Positions 38,114 to 49,026 of a stretch of DNA of 64,000 nt are shown piece after piece. Under the pieces are notes generated by a model. That model was not told where the DNA came from. It did not search any database and worked only from the letters and a program-made list of their open reading frames with translations. Numbering within the stretch: the first letter of the stretch is position 1; every line of letters starts with the position of its first letter. The stretch lies in contig JAGCKR010000060.1 in the NCBI GenBank assembly GCA_017647405.1, forward strand, positions 12,381 to 76,380, in the 5' to 3' direction. The stretch comes from Alphaproteobacteria bacterium (GTDB lineage: Bacteria; Pseudomonadota; Alphaproteobacteria; CAAHEQ01; UBA3637). Position numbers and translations under genes: made by a program.

Positions 38114-38971
38114 TTAACTTATATGAGGTTTTTTGTAAGGAGTTGTTTCGTTTTGATGTGTAAAAACATGAACATCTGAGTGGGTTTGCTTAAAAAGAAA
38201 AACATCTTTATAATAAAGTTCTTCAAAAGTGATATTTGAATTTTTTTCAAGTGTTGAAGAAGAGGGAGTTCTGTTTGATTCTAATATAATCATTTGTTTG
38301 AAAATATTTTGAAGTTGTTTGGCAATTTCATGATCTGTTACTCGAATCCACTTGCCGTTTTCTTGTGAATAAATAATTTCGCTTTGTTCGGTATTGGTAT
38401 TTGAAGGTATGTAATTAACCCGAATAGATGGTTTGTTTAATAAATAAAATGTTCTTTCGGTGATGGTACCGGTTGGGTTGCCGTTTGGAAATGTTTCCAT
38501 CATTACCAAATGCGATAGTTCGCCTTTTTTATCATAAATCGGTTTGGACAGATGCGTTATATCATATTTATTTTGCGCATTTTTTTTATAGTATGTTCCA
38601 AGTTTGATATTGGCTTGTTCTGTGTAACTCCAAGCATGCGTTAAAACGCCATTAGAATAAAAACGAACAAGTGATTTCTTCTTATTTTCGTAATAGTGCG
38701 TTTCTAACGTGAGTTGGTTGTCTTTGTTATAAAGGAGAGTTTTTAAAACCTGTGTATTTTTTTGAGGGTGAACATAGATATGCGTAAAACTGCCATTTTT
38801 ATCTTTTTGAATATATGATTTTGAAAGAACGCTTTGCGCTTGTTTTTCATTAGCAGCCTGTTCATTTTCATATTCATTATAATAAACAAAATCACCAGCC
38901 TGATAAGTGACAATCACGTGACCGTTTGCAATTTTTTTTCGCTCTAATTCAATGGCTTTAACAGGTTTCAT
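38114..38971 (-). CDS. hypothetical protein (beta-hairpin, Tyr-rich repeats)
   Basis: 285-aa ORF with AAGGA RBS; no signal peptide. Confidence 0.65.
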   Translation of the reverse strand: MKPVKAIELERKKIANGHVIVTYQAGDFVYYNEYENEQAANEKQAQSVLSKSYIQKDKNGSFTHIYVHPQKNTQVLKTLLYNKDNQLTLETHYYENKKKSLVRFYSNGVLTHAWSYTEQANIKLGTYYKKNAQNKYDITHLSKPIYDKKGELSHLVMMETFPNGNPTGTITERTFYLLNKPSIRVNYIPSNTNTEQSEIIYSQENGKWIRVTDHEIAKQLQNIFKQMIILESNRTPSSSTLEKNSNITFEELYYKDVFLFKQTHSDVHVFTHQNETTPYKKPHIS

Positions 38972-39054
38972 ATAAGATACTTTCCTTTTTATCTGTTGAA
39001 TTATAAATTAAAATGAGAAAAAAGACAAGTTTTTTTATCATTTGAGAGCTCTGA

Positions 39055-39837
39055 TTAGAAATCAGAGCCTTGCAAATCATAGGAATTTTTCTGTGGATTA
39101 AATTCGCTTTCCGGTTCTTGTTCGATTAAATTGCGTGGTGTTTTCTTTGCCTGAGGTGTTGCCTGTTGCACTGGTTCACTTTTTCTTTCCTGTGATTGAG
39201 GTTGTGATTTTGAAGCTTGTTGTTGTGTAGCTTGTTGTGAGGCTTGTTGTTGCCGTTGTTGTCTGAGAGCATCTTTTTTAGCAGCTTCTTCCGCTGCAAG
39301 GCGTTCTTTTTCGTTTTGTTTTTCAGAATCAATCAAAACAAGATTAGAAATGATTTTATCGGACGTTTCCGTGTTATTTAAAATCGGATTTTGTTCTAAA
39401 TACCACAAAATATTTTGCCCATTAATATCTTTCTTATAAATTTCATTTCCTGCATAATTAACAAATAAATTTAAGATATCTGCTCGCGGGGCATAATAAG
39501 CGGCAAAAAAACTGATAGGAAGTTCTTTTGGGGCTCCTTTAATTGGAAATTCGGAATTATCAACCACTTCATTTGGGTCCAGATTTCCCTTTTCAAGAAG
39601 CGCTTGTAATACCTGAGGATTTCCTCTTAAAATAGCTAATTGTAAAATTGATCCCCCACAAGGGAAATTAATGTTAAAATTTGTTTTTTTTGCGATTTCT
39701 TTCTCAATATCTTTTTCGCTTCTTGCCATTCGAACAACTTGTTGAATCGGATGATAACGGCATTCTTTCGGTCCGGAAAAAGAAACATTTGGGAATAATA
39801 AAATTCCTGCAACAGTTAAAAATAAAAATTTTTTCAT
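39055..39837 (-). CDS. exported ankyrin-like protein with Q-rich tail
   Basis: Signal peptide; GGSILQLAILRGN..VLQALL and GQNILWY ankyrin-like units. Confidence 0.7.
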   Translation of the reverse strand: MKKFLFLTVAGILLFPNVSFSGPKECRYHPIQQVVRMARSEKDIEKEIAKKTNFNINFPCGGSILQLAILRGNPQVLQALLEKGNLDPNEVVDNSEFPIKGAPKELPISFFAAYYAPRADILNLFVNYAGNEIYKKDINGQNILWYLEQNPILNNTETSDKIISNLVLIDSEKQNEKERLAAEEAAKKDALRQQRQQQASQQATQQQASKSQPQSQERKSEPVQQATPQAKKTPRNLIEQEPESEFNPQKNSYDLQGSDF

Positions 39838-39852
39838 AATGGCCCCCTTCAT

Positions 39853-40473
39853 TTATTTTTTCTTATATGGATTTTGAAAGAAAAAAAGTTTTTTGTCAAT
39901 AGGTGAGTTTTGTTTTATGTTGTAAAGTGAGACTGTTGATTTTATTCCTTGCATATCAACAACTTCCCATTGTTTCAGAACAAGTGCTTCTTTATCAATT
40001 GTTAATGTTAAAGAACCAAGTTCTTTTGCCCCTTTTTTGACTGCTGTAACCTTATATTCATCTAAAACATCTTGAACAGCTGTGACTAAAAACTCCGGAT
40101 CTGAAAATTTGAGTTCTTTTTTTAAAATTAAATTAACTGGTGTTTGACTTAAATCAAAATAGCTGACTTCTTTTAAATCTTTGTCATGATAAATAAGATA
40201 TCCATTAACAGCATAAAATTCTAAAGGCGATCCTTTTTCATAGACAAGACGCATTTTTCCGGGGCGTGACATGTAAAGAGTTCCTGTTTGGAGATCGTTT
40301 TCTGTTTTAGAATTAAATTGAGCAAATTCAGCTTTGAGTGTTTTAATCTTATTATATGCTGTTTCAACCTTTTTAAGAATTTCTTTATTCTCGGGTGTAT
40401 CAATCTTTTTATCAATATCGGCGAAAGCCGGTACGGAAAAACAAAGAAGAGTAGCAAGTAAAATCTTTTTCAT
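39853..40473 (-). CDS. lolA: outer-membrane lipoprotein carrier LolA
   Basis: Signal peptide, TLKAEFAQ, SRPGKMR; downstream of ftsK. Confidence 0.9.
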   Translation of the reverse strand: MKKILLATLLCFSVPAFADIDKKIDTPENKEILKKVETAYNKIKTLKAEFAQFNSKTENDLQTGTLYMSRPGKMRLVYEKGSPLEFYAVNGYLIYHDKDLKEVSYFDLSQTPVNLILKKELKFSDPEFLVTAVQDVLDEYKVTAVKKGAKELGSLTLTIDKEALVLKQWEVVDMQGIKSTVSLYNIKQNSPIDKKLFFFQNPYKKK

Positions 40474-40486
40474 AATTATTCCTTTT

Positions 40487-42928
40487 TTATGCGTTAACCG
40501 TTGGAACAAGAATTTCGCGTTTTCCGGCAACGTTTGGTTTTGAAATAACGCCTTCGGCTTCCATTCTGTCAATCAAATCAGCTGCTTTGTTATATCCAAT
40601 ACGTAGTTGGCGTTGAACATAACTTGTTGAAACTTTTTGATCTCTTAAGATAATAGCAACAGCTTGATCATATAAATCTCCTCCATTTGGAACACTGCCT
40701 GAACCGCCGGTGGCACCCATTGCCATTGAAGCTTCGGCTTCTGGATCTGTTGTAACAGCATTCAAATATTGAGGTTCGGCCTGCATTTCCCAATGATGAA
40801 CAACTTGTTCAACATCATGATCAGAAACAAAAGGTCCGTGAACACGTTGCGGTTTTTGACCGGCAGGCATAAAGAGCATATCCCCTTTGCCCAATAATCT
40901 TTCCGCACCATGCTCATCCAAAATGGTTCTAGAGTCTGTTTTACTGCGAACCTGGAAGGACATGCGGGAAGGGAAGTTGGATTTAATGGTACCGGTGATA
41001 ACATCAACACTAGGTCTTTGTGTTGCTAAAATTAAATGGATACCAACAGCACGAGCCATTTGAGCCAGTCGTTGAATTAAAGGATCCACTTCTTTACCGC
41101 ATCGTCCCATCAAATCAGCCATTTCATCAATGATAATCACAATATAAGGAATAGGTGTTAAATCAAATTCTTGTTCTTCATATATAGGGCGACCTGTTTC
41201 CGGATCAAAACCTGTTTGAACTCTTCTGGTTAAACTTTGTCCTTCTTGAGCAGCTTGTTTTAATTTTTGATTATATCCTTCAATATTGCGAACGCCTAAA
41301 TGAGACATGGAGGTATATCTATCTTCCATTTCGCGTACAGCCCATTTCAATGCGATGACAACTTTTTCAGGATCAACAACAACAGGTGTTAAAAGGTGCG
41401 GTATTCGATTATAGACGGACAATTCAACCATTTTTGGATCAACCATGATTAAACGGCATTCTGCCGGCGTAAATTTATAAATCAAAGAAAGAACCATTGT
41501 GTTAATAGCAACGGATTTACCAGAACCGGTGGTACCTGCAACCAGCAAGTGAGGCATCTTGGCAAGATCGGCAAAAATTGGTGCCCCGCCGATATCTTTT
41601 CCTAAAATAAGAGGGAGCGCGCCGGTATTATTTTTAAATTGTGGATGTTCAATCATTTCTCTGATATAAACGACTTCGCGTTTTAAATTTGGCATTTCAA
41701 TACCAACAGCATCTGTTCCGGGAATAACAGCAATACGAACAGAAACAACTCGCATTTTCATGGCAATATCATCGGCAAGTGTGATGATACGTGCACTTTT
41801 AATGCCTGCTGCTGGTTGAAATTCATAAAGTGTTACAACAGGGCCGGGGTGCGCGGTGATAACTTTTCCGGTGATACTGAATTGTGACAGAACATCTTCA
41901 AGTTCCTTGCTTGTTTTGAGCATCACTTCTTTTGAAAGAGAAGGGGCGTTACTTGATTTAACGGGATCAAGAAGCGTGCTGGAAGGTAATTCAAGGGCTT
42001 CTGTTTCTGTTTTAGGAGAAGGTGTTTCTTCTTTCTTTTCTTCTTTTTCTTTTCGTTTAAATAAGGAAAGAGATTTTTTTTGCGGGGTTGTTTCAAGTGG
42101 CTCATCATTATCTTCGCTTGTTGAAACAGGTGAAAAATCAAATTCATCATCATTGGTAAATGATGGTTCGATTCTTTCTTTAAATTCAGGTTCTTTTTTC
42201 TTGAAATTAAATGAAAAAATATTTGTTTTTTTCTCTTTTTCCGTTTGAGGTTCTTCGGTTAGATTTGCAGTCTTATCTTCACTTGTTTGAGACTCAATGC
42301 ATGTTTCTGTCTGATTTTTACCAAAAGAAATTTTTGGCATTGAAATTGTTGGAAGCGAAAAATGAAGTTTATTCACTCGTGGTAATTGAATATTTTTTAC
42401 AACACTGCCCATCGTTTTTGAAAGCCCTTTTGAAAATCGAATAAATGGAATATTGATTCCAAATAAAACAAGAGTGATAGCGGTAATAAAGAATAGGGCT
42501 TGAATATAAAAAGGAAACAAAGCGCTTTTTCCAAACCATTCGGTTAAATAAAATCCCATAAATCCGCCACCTTTTGAGGAAAACCATGCGCCGTTTGTTT
42601 GGATAAAGGATGGGCCAAGCGCCCATGCAAATGTTAATAATCCAAGGGTAAACAATAAAAATCTTGTTTTAAATAAATAAGCTCCTTTTAAGAGCAATAC
42701 GCCGCTTGAAATTAAAAAAATCGGGATTAAAAATCCGGTTAAACCGAAATATTGCAAAATTAAATCTGCTGAAATAGCTCCAAATGACCCTAAAACGTTT
42801 TGAGTGATTCCTGTGCTTGCAGTGTTAAAAGAAGGGTCTGCTACATGATAGGAAAAACAAGACACAAAGAAAACACAACCAAGTGAAAATAATAAAATCC
42901 CGTTAAAAATTTGAAAAAAACGTTTCAT
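40487..42928 (-). CDS. ftsK: DNA translocase FtsK
   Basis: N-terminal TMs, MPHLLVAGTTGSGKS, DEMADLM, ATQRPSVD, gamma domain QRQLRIGYNKAA. Confidence 0.98.
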   Translation of the reverse strand: MKRFFQIFNGILLFSLGCVFFVSCFSYHVADPSFNTASTGITQNVLGSFGAISADLILQYFGLTGFLIPIFLISSGVLLLKGAYLFKTRFLLFTLGLLTFAWALGPSFIQTNGAWFSSKGGGFMGFYLTEWFGKSALFPFYIQALFFITAITLVLFGINIPFIRFSKGLSKTMGSVVKNIQLPRVNKLHFSLPTISMPKISFGKNQTETCIESQTSEDKTANLTEEPQTEKEKKTNIFSFNFKKKEPEFKERIEPSFTNDDEFDFSPVSTSEDNDEPLETTPQKKSLSLFKRKEKEEKKEETPSPKTETEALELPSSTLLDPVKSSNAPSLSKEVMLKTSKELEDVLSQFSITGKVITAHPGPVVTLYEFQPAAGIKSARIITLADDIAMKMRVVSVRIAVIPGTDAVGIEMPNLKREVVYIREMIEHPQFKNNTGALPLILGKDIGGAPIFADLAKMPHLLVAGTTGSGKSVAINTMVLSLIYKFTPAECRLIMVDPKMVELSVYNRIPHLLTPVVVDPEKVVIALKWAVREMEDRYTSMSHLGVRNIEGYNQKLKQAAQEGQSLTRRVQTGFDPETGRPIYEEQEFDLTPIPYIVIIIDEMADLMGRCGKEVDPLIQRLAQMARAVGIHLILATQRPSVDVITGTIKSNFPSRMSFQVRSKTDSRTILDEHGAERLLGKGDMLFMPAGQKPQRVHGPFVSDHDVEQVVHHWEMQAEPQYLNAVTTDPEAEASMAMGATGGSGSVPNGGDLYDQAVAIILRDQKVSTSYVQRQLRIGYNKAADLIDRMEAEGVISKPNVAGKREILVPTVNA

Positions 42929-43116
42929 TGCCTATCCCTATATAATATTAAAGTAGTTCTTTTTTGTTCTATAGCGCGAAATTAAAAAAAATACAACTTT
43001 ATTTTTAAAAAAAACAGCCTTTTTTTTCTTTTTATTATATAATTTTTAAAAGCGGAAGAAAGGCTTGACAGGTGATTAAAAATCTGCAATAGTGAGCAAA
43101 ATGAAAGGAATTTAAA

Positions 43117-43965
43117 ATGCATTCAAACTTATTTTTACGCCTTGTTTCGGCTCTTGTATTAGCTCCTATTGTTTTGGGAAGTATTTGGTTTGGTAAGGAT
43201 TTTTATGTGGATTACTCTATTCCGCTTTACTCAATTTTATTGGCAGTGTTTGGGGCAGGATTGGCTTGGGAATGGACTCATATGTTTGATAAAAAAGTTT
43301 CTGTTAATACCGTATGGATGGTTCTTTTTGCCTGCTTGTGCGCGTTTATGACAGAAGCAAATCCGGCTTTCGCACTATGGTTGGCTATTTTGGGAACAAC
43401 GATTGTTTTTTATAAATCCGGTTCAAGATTGCTTTATTCTTTGGGGCTTTTATACATTTGTATTCCTTTAATTTCTTTGGGGTATATTTATTATGTGAAT
43501 GATACGGTCAGTCGTGAAATTGTTCTTTGGCTTTTCTTTGTTGTTTGGGCAACGGATATTGGTGGTTATGTTGTTGGTAAATCAGTTGGTGGGCCAAAAA
43601 TTGCTCCTAAAATCAGTGCAAAAAAAACATGGTCTGGTTTAATTGGTGGGGCTGTTTTTGCTATGGCAGTTGCCTATGTTTTTGCTCTTTATCTGAATGC
43701 TAATAATTATATTACGCCGACAAGTGGATTGACATTTGAACAAGTTAAAATGGTTTTGATTTGTTCGGCTGGTATTTTGGCTGTTGTATCACAAGCCGGT
43801 GATTTTTTTGAATCATATATTAAACGTTCGTTAAATTTAAAAGATTCAAGCAATTTAATTCCGGGACATGGGGGGCTTTTTGATCGGGTAGATGGTTTGT
43901 TGTTTGCCTCTGTGTTAACGGCGGTTATTATTTATTTCTTTAAGGATGGAGGCATGGTTTTTTAA
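43117..43965 (+). CDS. cdsA: phosphatidate cytidylyltransferase
   Basis: WATDIGGY, SAKKTWSG, GDFFES..KR...KDS..LIPGHGG.FDR.D. Confidence 0.96.
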   Translation: MHSNLFLRLVSALVLAPIVLGSIWFGKDFYVDYSIPLYSILLAVFGAGLAWEWTHMFDKKVSVNTVWMVLFACLCAFMTEANPAFALWLAILGTTIVFYKSGSRLLYSLGLLYICIPLISLGYIYYVNDTVSREIVLWLFFVVWATDIGGYVVGKSVGGPKIAPKISAKKTWSGLIGGAVFAMAVAYVFALYLNANNYITPTSGLTFEQVKMVLICSAGILAVVSQAGDFFESYIKRSLNLKDSSNLIPGHGGLFDRVDGLLFASVLTAVIIYFFKDGGMVF

Positions 43966-45062
43966 TGTTAACAAGTTTAATTTACATTGCTTCTTTTGTT
44001 CTTGTTCTTTCCCTAATAGTTGTTATTCATGAGGGGGGGCACTTTTTTATGGCCAGATGGTGTGGTGTACATGTAACTGACTTTTCAGTTGGTTTTGGTC
44101 GAGAGATTTTTTCTCGTGTAGATAAAAAAGGAACCCGTTGGAAACTTTGTTTGATTCCTCTTGGCGGTTATGTGAAAATGTTGGGTGATACGGATGCGGC
44201 CAGTGCTCAATCTTCTACGGAAGGGTTAACGGAAGAAGAGAAAAAGAAAGCTTTTTTGACGCAAAAACTTTGGAAAAGAGCTTTGATTATTTTTGCTGGG
44301 CCTGGGATGAATTATTTATTTGCCATTTTATTATTGACAGGTATTTTCTTTTCGGTTGGTGAAGCAAAGTTACAACCGGTTATCGGAACGGTTATTGAAA
44401 ATTCTCCGGCAGCTGAAGCAGGAATGCAACCGGGAGACCGATTTGTTGAGATTAATAATCAAAAAGTAAGTGAATTTTCGGATGTTATCCGCTTGGTTCG
44501 GTTAACAGAATTTGAAAAACCGTTAGATATCCTTTTTGAAAGAGATGGTGTTATGCATCGCCTTTCTTTGAAGCCGCGATATGTGGATGGTTCTGAATAT
44601 CCGATGATTGGTTTTTCTGCCTCAGCAGAGCATTTTGAAGCAGCAATGCCGTTATCATTGGGTGCATCGGCTTTAAAAGCGGTTCAGTCTGTTTGGAATA
44701 TTACGGCGGATACAACGATTTATTTGGGGCAAGTTTTATTTCAAAACAGAAGTCCGAAAGATATGCGAGGTCCATTAGGAATTGCTGAAATGTCTGGGGA
44801 TGCTGTTCGTGGGGGTTGGCTTTCCTTATTGATGTTTATTGTTCAAATTTCAGTTGCTGTTGGATTTATGAATTTATTGCCCATTCCGGTGTTAGATGGG
44901 GGGCATTTGGCGTTTTACGCCGTTGAAGCGGTGAGGGGAAAGCCACTGCCTGACCGTGCTCAAAATGCGTTTTTAGTGGCTGGATTGAGTGTTTTATTAG
45001 TGTTGTTGGCATATACAATGCTTTTGGATGTGCCACGTATTGTACAAAGGATCTTTGGATGA
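43965..45062 (+). CDS. rseP: RIP metalloprotease RseP
   Basis: HEGGH, FSVGFG, GGYVKM, PDZ domain, NLLPIPVLDGGH. Confidence 0.96.
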   Translation: MLTSLIYIASFVLVLSLIVVIHEGGHFFMARWCGVHVTDFSVGFGREIFSRVDKKGTRWKLCLIPLGGYVKMLGDTDAASAQSSTEGLTEEEKKKAFLTQKLWKRALIIFAGPGMNYLFAILLLTGIFFSVGEAKLQPVIGTVIENSPAAEAGMQPGDRFVEINNQKVSEFSDVIRLVRLTEFEKPLDILFERDGVMHRLSLKPRYVDGSEYPMIGFSASAEHFEAAMPLSLGASALKAVQSVWNITADTTIYLGQVLFQNRSPKDMRGPLGIAEMSGDAVRGGWLSLLMFIVQISVAVGFMNLLPIPVLDGGHLAFYAVEAVRGKPLPDRAQNAFLVAGLSVLLVLLAYTMLLDVPRIVQRIFG

Positions 45063-47332
45063 AAAAAATAGTCAGTTTTTCTTTACTGGTATCTTCAGTT
45101 CTTTCAACACCTGCCGGTGCTGAAATTTTGAAGAATGTTTCAATTGAAGGCACACATCGGTTTGAGCCGGCTTCGATTATGCAAAATTTGAATATCAAAC
45201 AGGGTCAAAATTTAACTCCTTATGAGTTGGATAATATTACAAAAACATTATTCGATACAAAATTATTTTCTGATGTTGATGTTCGTATGAATAAGGGGAC
45301 ACTCACAATTCAGGTTCAGGAAAATCCGATTGTTCGTGAAGTTTATTTTGAAGGAAACGACAAGATGGATGATGATGTGCTGAAAACCGAAATTGAATTG
45401 AAACCTCGAACGGTTTATACCGCCAGCACCGCTCAATCTGATGCTGACAGATTGTTAACACTTTATAAAAGAAGTGGACGTTTTGGTGCTTCTGTAACGC
45501 CAAAAATTATTAAAAAAGATCAAAATCGTGTAGATGTGATTTTTGAAATTGAAGAAGGTGCTAAAACAACAATTGAAAAAATCAGTTTTACAGGAAACTC
45601 TCGTTTTGATGATGGAACACTCAAAGATGTGTTAGTTACAAAGGAAAACGCATGGTATCGTTTCTTTGCTTCAACTGATACATATGATCCGGATCGGTTG
45701 AATTATGATAAAGAGATGTTGCGTCGTTTTTATTTAAAACATGGGTATGTTGATTTTAAAGTTGTGAATGCGGCAGCTGAATTATTGCCGGATAAAACAG
45801 GATTCACGTTGACCATTGATGTTGATGAAGGTGACAGATATCGTTTTAGCCAGCCACAAATTAAAGTTTCTTTGCCGGCTTATGCTCAAAGAGGTAATAA
45901 AGAAGAATTAGTTAAGTTGCTGTCATTTGAAAAAGGCGAATGGTTTAATGCTGAAAAAATTGATTCAACTGTTGAACAATTAACGGATAAGTTTGCAAAC
46001 GAAGGGTATGCCTTTGTTGAAGTGACGCCGGAATTTACGAAAAATGAAAAAGATAAAACCATTCAGGTTGTTTTCAGGGTTCAAGAAGGTGAAAAAGTTT
46101 TTGTAAATAAAATTAATATTCATGGTAACTCACGAACACAAGATAAAGTTATTCGCCGCGAATTCAAGATCAAAGAAGGTGATGCCTTTAATGCTTCAAA
46201 ATTGCGTCGTTCTCAACAAAAAGTTGAAGATTTAGATTATTTTGAAAAAGTTGATTTTAAAACAACGCCGGTTTATGGAGATATGTCAAAAACAGATGTT
46301 GATGTGACGGTTAGAGAAAAGTCAACCGGTTCATTCAATGTGGGTGTGGGTTGGTCTTCATATGACGGGATGCTCTTTGAAACAGGGATTGTTGAACGCA
46401 ATATTTTGGGAACAGGTAATATTATTAATTTAAATGCCATGCTCTCACAAAAAGAAACGCAATATGTTGCCGGTCTTACCAATCCTTATTTCCTTGATTT
46501 GCCATTGTTAGCCGGTCTTGAAATTTTTAGAACAACAAGAGATAACAGTGATTCTTCATCATATAGTTACACCTCATACGGGGCAACAACAAGATTTGGC
46601 TGGAACTATACGGATGCTTTGCGTCAAACGGTTCGTTACACATTGAGAAGAGATGATGTTAATGATATTGATAGTGATGCATCTATTTACATTAAGGAAC
46701 AAGAAGGGCAGACGACTGTTTCTTTAATTGGTCAAGATATCAGTTATGATAAACGTGACAGTCGAATTAATCCGACAGAAGGATACTATTTAAATTTGGG
46801 AACGGACTATGCCGGTATTGGTGGGGATACAAAATTTTTCCGTGTAACGGCAACGGCTATTCAATATTTTTCACTTGCGGATGATGTTGTTCTTTCTTTG
46901 CGAGGCGATGGGGGACATATCTGGGGAACCGGAGGTAAAGATGTTAGAATTAATAACCGTTTCTTCTTAGGTGATTATTCTTTAAGAGGATTTGAATATG
47001 GAGGTGTTGGTGCCAGAGACCGCGCAACTGATGACGCTTTGGGTGGTAACTGGTATGTAACAGCTTCAACAGAATTAGTCTTTCCGCTTGGTTTACCACG
47101 TGAAATCGGTATTAAAGGTAAAACATTTGTTGATGCCGGTATGATAGGTAAACCAGATGGATATGATGAAAAATACATGGATTACAGCAGCGGGGTTCGT
47201 GTGGCTGCCGGTGTGGGTATTTTATGGCAATCACCAATGGGGATGATTAATCTTGATTTCTCATTGCCGGTGGTTAAAGAATCTTATGATAAAACACAAG
47301 TATTCCGTTTGAACTTTGGGAAAGGATTTTAA
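45059..47332 (+). CDS. bamA: outer-membrane protein assembly factor BamA
   Basis: POTRA repeats, GNSRTQDKVIRRE, LRGF, SPMG, terminal F. Confidence 0.97.
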   Translation: MKKIVSFSLLVSSVLSTPAGAEILKNVSIEGTHRFEPASIMQNLNIKQGQNLTPYELDNITKTLFDTKLFSDVDVRMNKGTLTIQVQENPIVREVYFEGNDKMDDDVLKTEIELKPRTVYTASTAQSDADRLLTLYKRSGRFGASVTPKIIKKDQNRVDVIFEIEEGAKTTIEKISFTGNSRFDDGTLKDVLVTKENAWYRFFASTDTYDPDRLNYDKEMLRRFYLKHGYVDFKVVNAAAELLPDKTGFTLTIDVDEGDRYRFSQPQIKVSLPAYAQRGNKEELVKLLSFEKGEWFNAEKIDSTVEQLTDKFANEGYAFVEVTPEFTKNEKDKTIQVVFRVQEGEKVFVNKINIHGNSRTQDKVIRREFKIKEGDAFNASKLRRSQQKVEDLDYFEKVDFKTTPVYGDMSKTDVDVTVREKSTGSFNVGVGWSSYDGMLFETGIVERNILGTGNIINLNAMLSQKETQYVAGLTNPYFLDLPLLAGLEIFRTTRDNSDSSSYSYTSYGATTRFGWNYTDALRQTVRYTLRRDDVNDIDSDASIYIKEQEGQTTVSLIGQDISYDKRDSRINPTEGYYLNLGTDYAGIGGDTKFFRVTATAIQYFSLADDVVLSLRGDGGHIWGTGGKDVRINNRFFLGDYSLRGFEYGGVGARDRATDDALGGNWYVTASTELVFPLGLPREIGIKGKTFVDAGMIGKPDGYDEKYMDYSSGVRVAAGVGILWQSPMGMINLDFSLPVVKESYDKTQVFRLNFGKGF

Positions 47333-47334
47333 AA

Positions 47335-47988
47335 ATGAGTAATATACTTTTAAAAGCAGGTGCTGGTTGTGGTATTGCAGGGTTGTTATTGGCTGGAGCA
47401 ATGGCTTATGGAACAGTCCCGTTTAATAATACGTCAGTTGCTGTATTAGATTTGGATCGTGTACAACAAGAAGCTGATGCCTATGAAAAGGTTAAAACCG
47501 AAACAGAAAAATATGTCAGTGCATTAAAAGCTCGTTTTATTGATGAAGAAACGGCATTAGCACAAAAAGGAGCTGATCTTAAAAAGAAAATTGAGGCTGC
47601 TGGTGGAAAAACGGCTGGATTTGAAAAAGAAATTCAAAAATTAAATCAGGAATTGGTTGAATTTCAACGCAAAGTACGTTTTGAATCCGAATTGATTGCC
47701 CGCGCTAAAAATGCTGCTATTGCACAAGTGGCACCGATTGCGCAGGCCTCTTTAAAAGAAATCAGTCAAAAGAAAGGCTTGAGTGTGATCTTGCCACGTC
47801 CGTATGTTACATATCATACTGAAAATGTTGATATTACGGATGAATTTATTAAGTTACTTGATGGAAAGAAGATTCAAGTTTCTTATCCGGATCCGGCACA
47901 GTTTACAGTTCCGGTTGTGGCTAATCAAGGCGCTGCGCAACAACAAAGTGCTCAAAAAACAGAAGAAAAACCGACTGAAAGTAAATAA
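47335..47988 (+). CDS. skp: Skp/OmpH chaperone
   Basis: VAVLDLDRV, coiled coil, DITDE; position between bamA and lpxD. Confidence 0.85.
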   Translation: MSNILLKAGAGCGIAGLLLAGAMAYGTVPFNNTSVAVLDLDRVQQEADAYEKVKTETEKYVSALKARFIDEETALAQKGADLKKKIEAAGGKTAGFEKEIQKLNQELVEFQRKVRFESELIARAKNAAIAQVAPIAQASLKEISQKKGLSVILPRPYVTYHTENVDITDEFIKLLDGKKIQVSYPDPAQFTVPVVANQGAAQQQSAQKTEEKPTESK

Positions 47989-47990
47989 CG

Positions 47991-49013
47991 ATGACAGATA
48001 CGCGTTTTTTTGATAAAAAAGAGGGGTTAACATTAGGTGAAATTGCCAAAATCGGGGAGCTTAAGCTCCCTGACGGCGCCTCTTTAGATCGTGTTTTTAC
48101 GGATGTTGCTTCCATTGATAAAGCAGGTGAAAATGACGTAACATGGGCTTTTATTCCGGCCATGCGTGAACCTTTAAAGAATACAAAAGCAGGTGCAGTG
48201 ATTGTGCCTGAAAAATTCTTAGAATTTGTTCCAGAGGGTGTTTTGCCACTTATTAGTGCTGATCCGCACAGATCTTATGGATTGGTTGCTTCTGCTTTTT
48301 ATCCAACTGTTGTTGAAAGTTATATCTCTGATAAAGCTTTTATTCATCCAACAGCAACATTAGGGGATGGATGTCGTGTTGAAGCCGGTGCTTTTATTGG
48401 TGAAAATGTTGTTTTAGGTTCCAGATGTGATATCAGAGCTAATGCCGTTATTGAAAAAGGCGTGCAAATGGGTGATGATTGCATTGTTGGTGCAACAGCA
48501 ACTGTTTCTCATTGTTTAGCAGGATCAAAAGTTTATATTTATCCGGGTGCGCATATCGGCCAAGATGGATTTGGTTTTGCTATGTCTGCCAAAGGGCCGG
48601 TGAAAGTGCCCCAATTGGGCCGAGTGATTATCGGAAATGATGTTGAAATTGGTTCGGGAACAACAGTTGATCGTGGTGCTATGGGTGATACGGTGATTGG
48701 TGATGGTTGTCGGATTGATAATTTAGTTCAGGTTGCCCATAATGTTAAATTAGGACGTTGTTGTGTGATTGTTTCACAGGTTGGTATTGCCGGCAGTTGT
48801 GAATTTTCTGATTTTGTTGTTGCTGGTGGACAGGTTGGTTTTGCCGGTCACTTGAAAATCGGTGCTGGTGCTCAAATTGCAGCGCAGTCCGGTATTATGA
48901 CGGATGTTGCTCCGGGCTCTATTTTGATGGGAAGTCCGGCTGTTTCTCGTGTGGAATTTATGCGACAACAAATTGCCTTGCAACGATTGACAAAGAAGAA
49001 AAAAGAAGAATAA
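47991..49013 (+). CDS. lpxD: UDP-3-O-acylglucosamine N-acyltransferase
   Basis: Hexapeptide repeats, IGQDGFGF, VPQLG, IDNLVQVAHN. Confidence 0.97.
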   Translation: MTDTRFFDKKEGLTLGEIAKIGELKLPDGASLDRVFTDVASIDKAGENDVTWAFIPAMREPLKNTKAGAVIVPEKFLEFVPEGVLPLISADPHRSYGLVASAFYPTVVESYISDKAFIHPTATLGDGCRVEAGAFIGENVVLGSRCDIRANAVIEKGVQMGDDCIVGATATVSHCLAGSKVYIYPGAHIGQDGFGFAMSAKGPVKVPQLGRVIIGNDVEIGSGTTVDRGAMGDTVIGDGCRIDNLVQVAHNVKLGRCCVIVSQVGIAGSCEFSDFVVAGGQVGFAGHLKIGAGAQIAAQSGIMTDVAPGSILMGSPAVSRVEFMRQQIALQRLTKKKKEE

Positions 49014-49026
49014 AAGGATACTTAAG

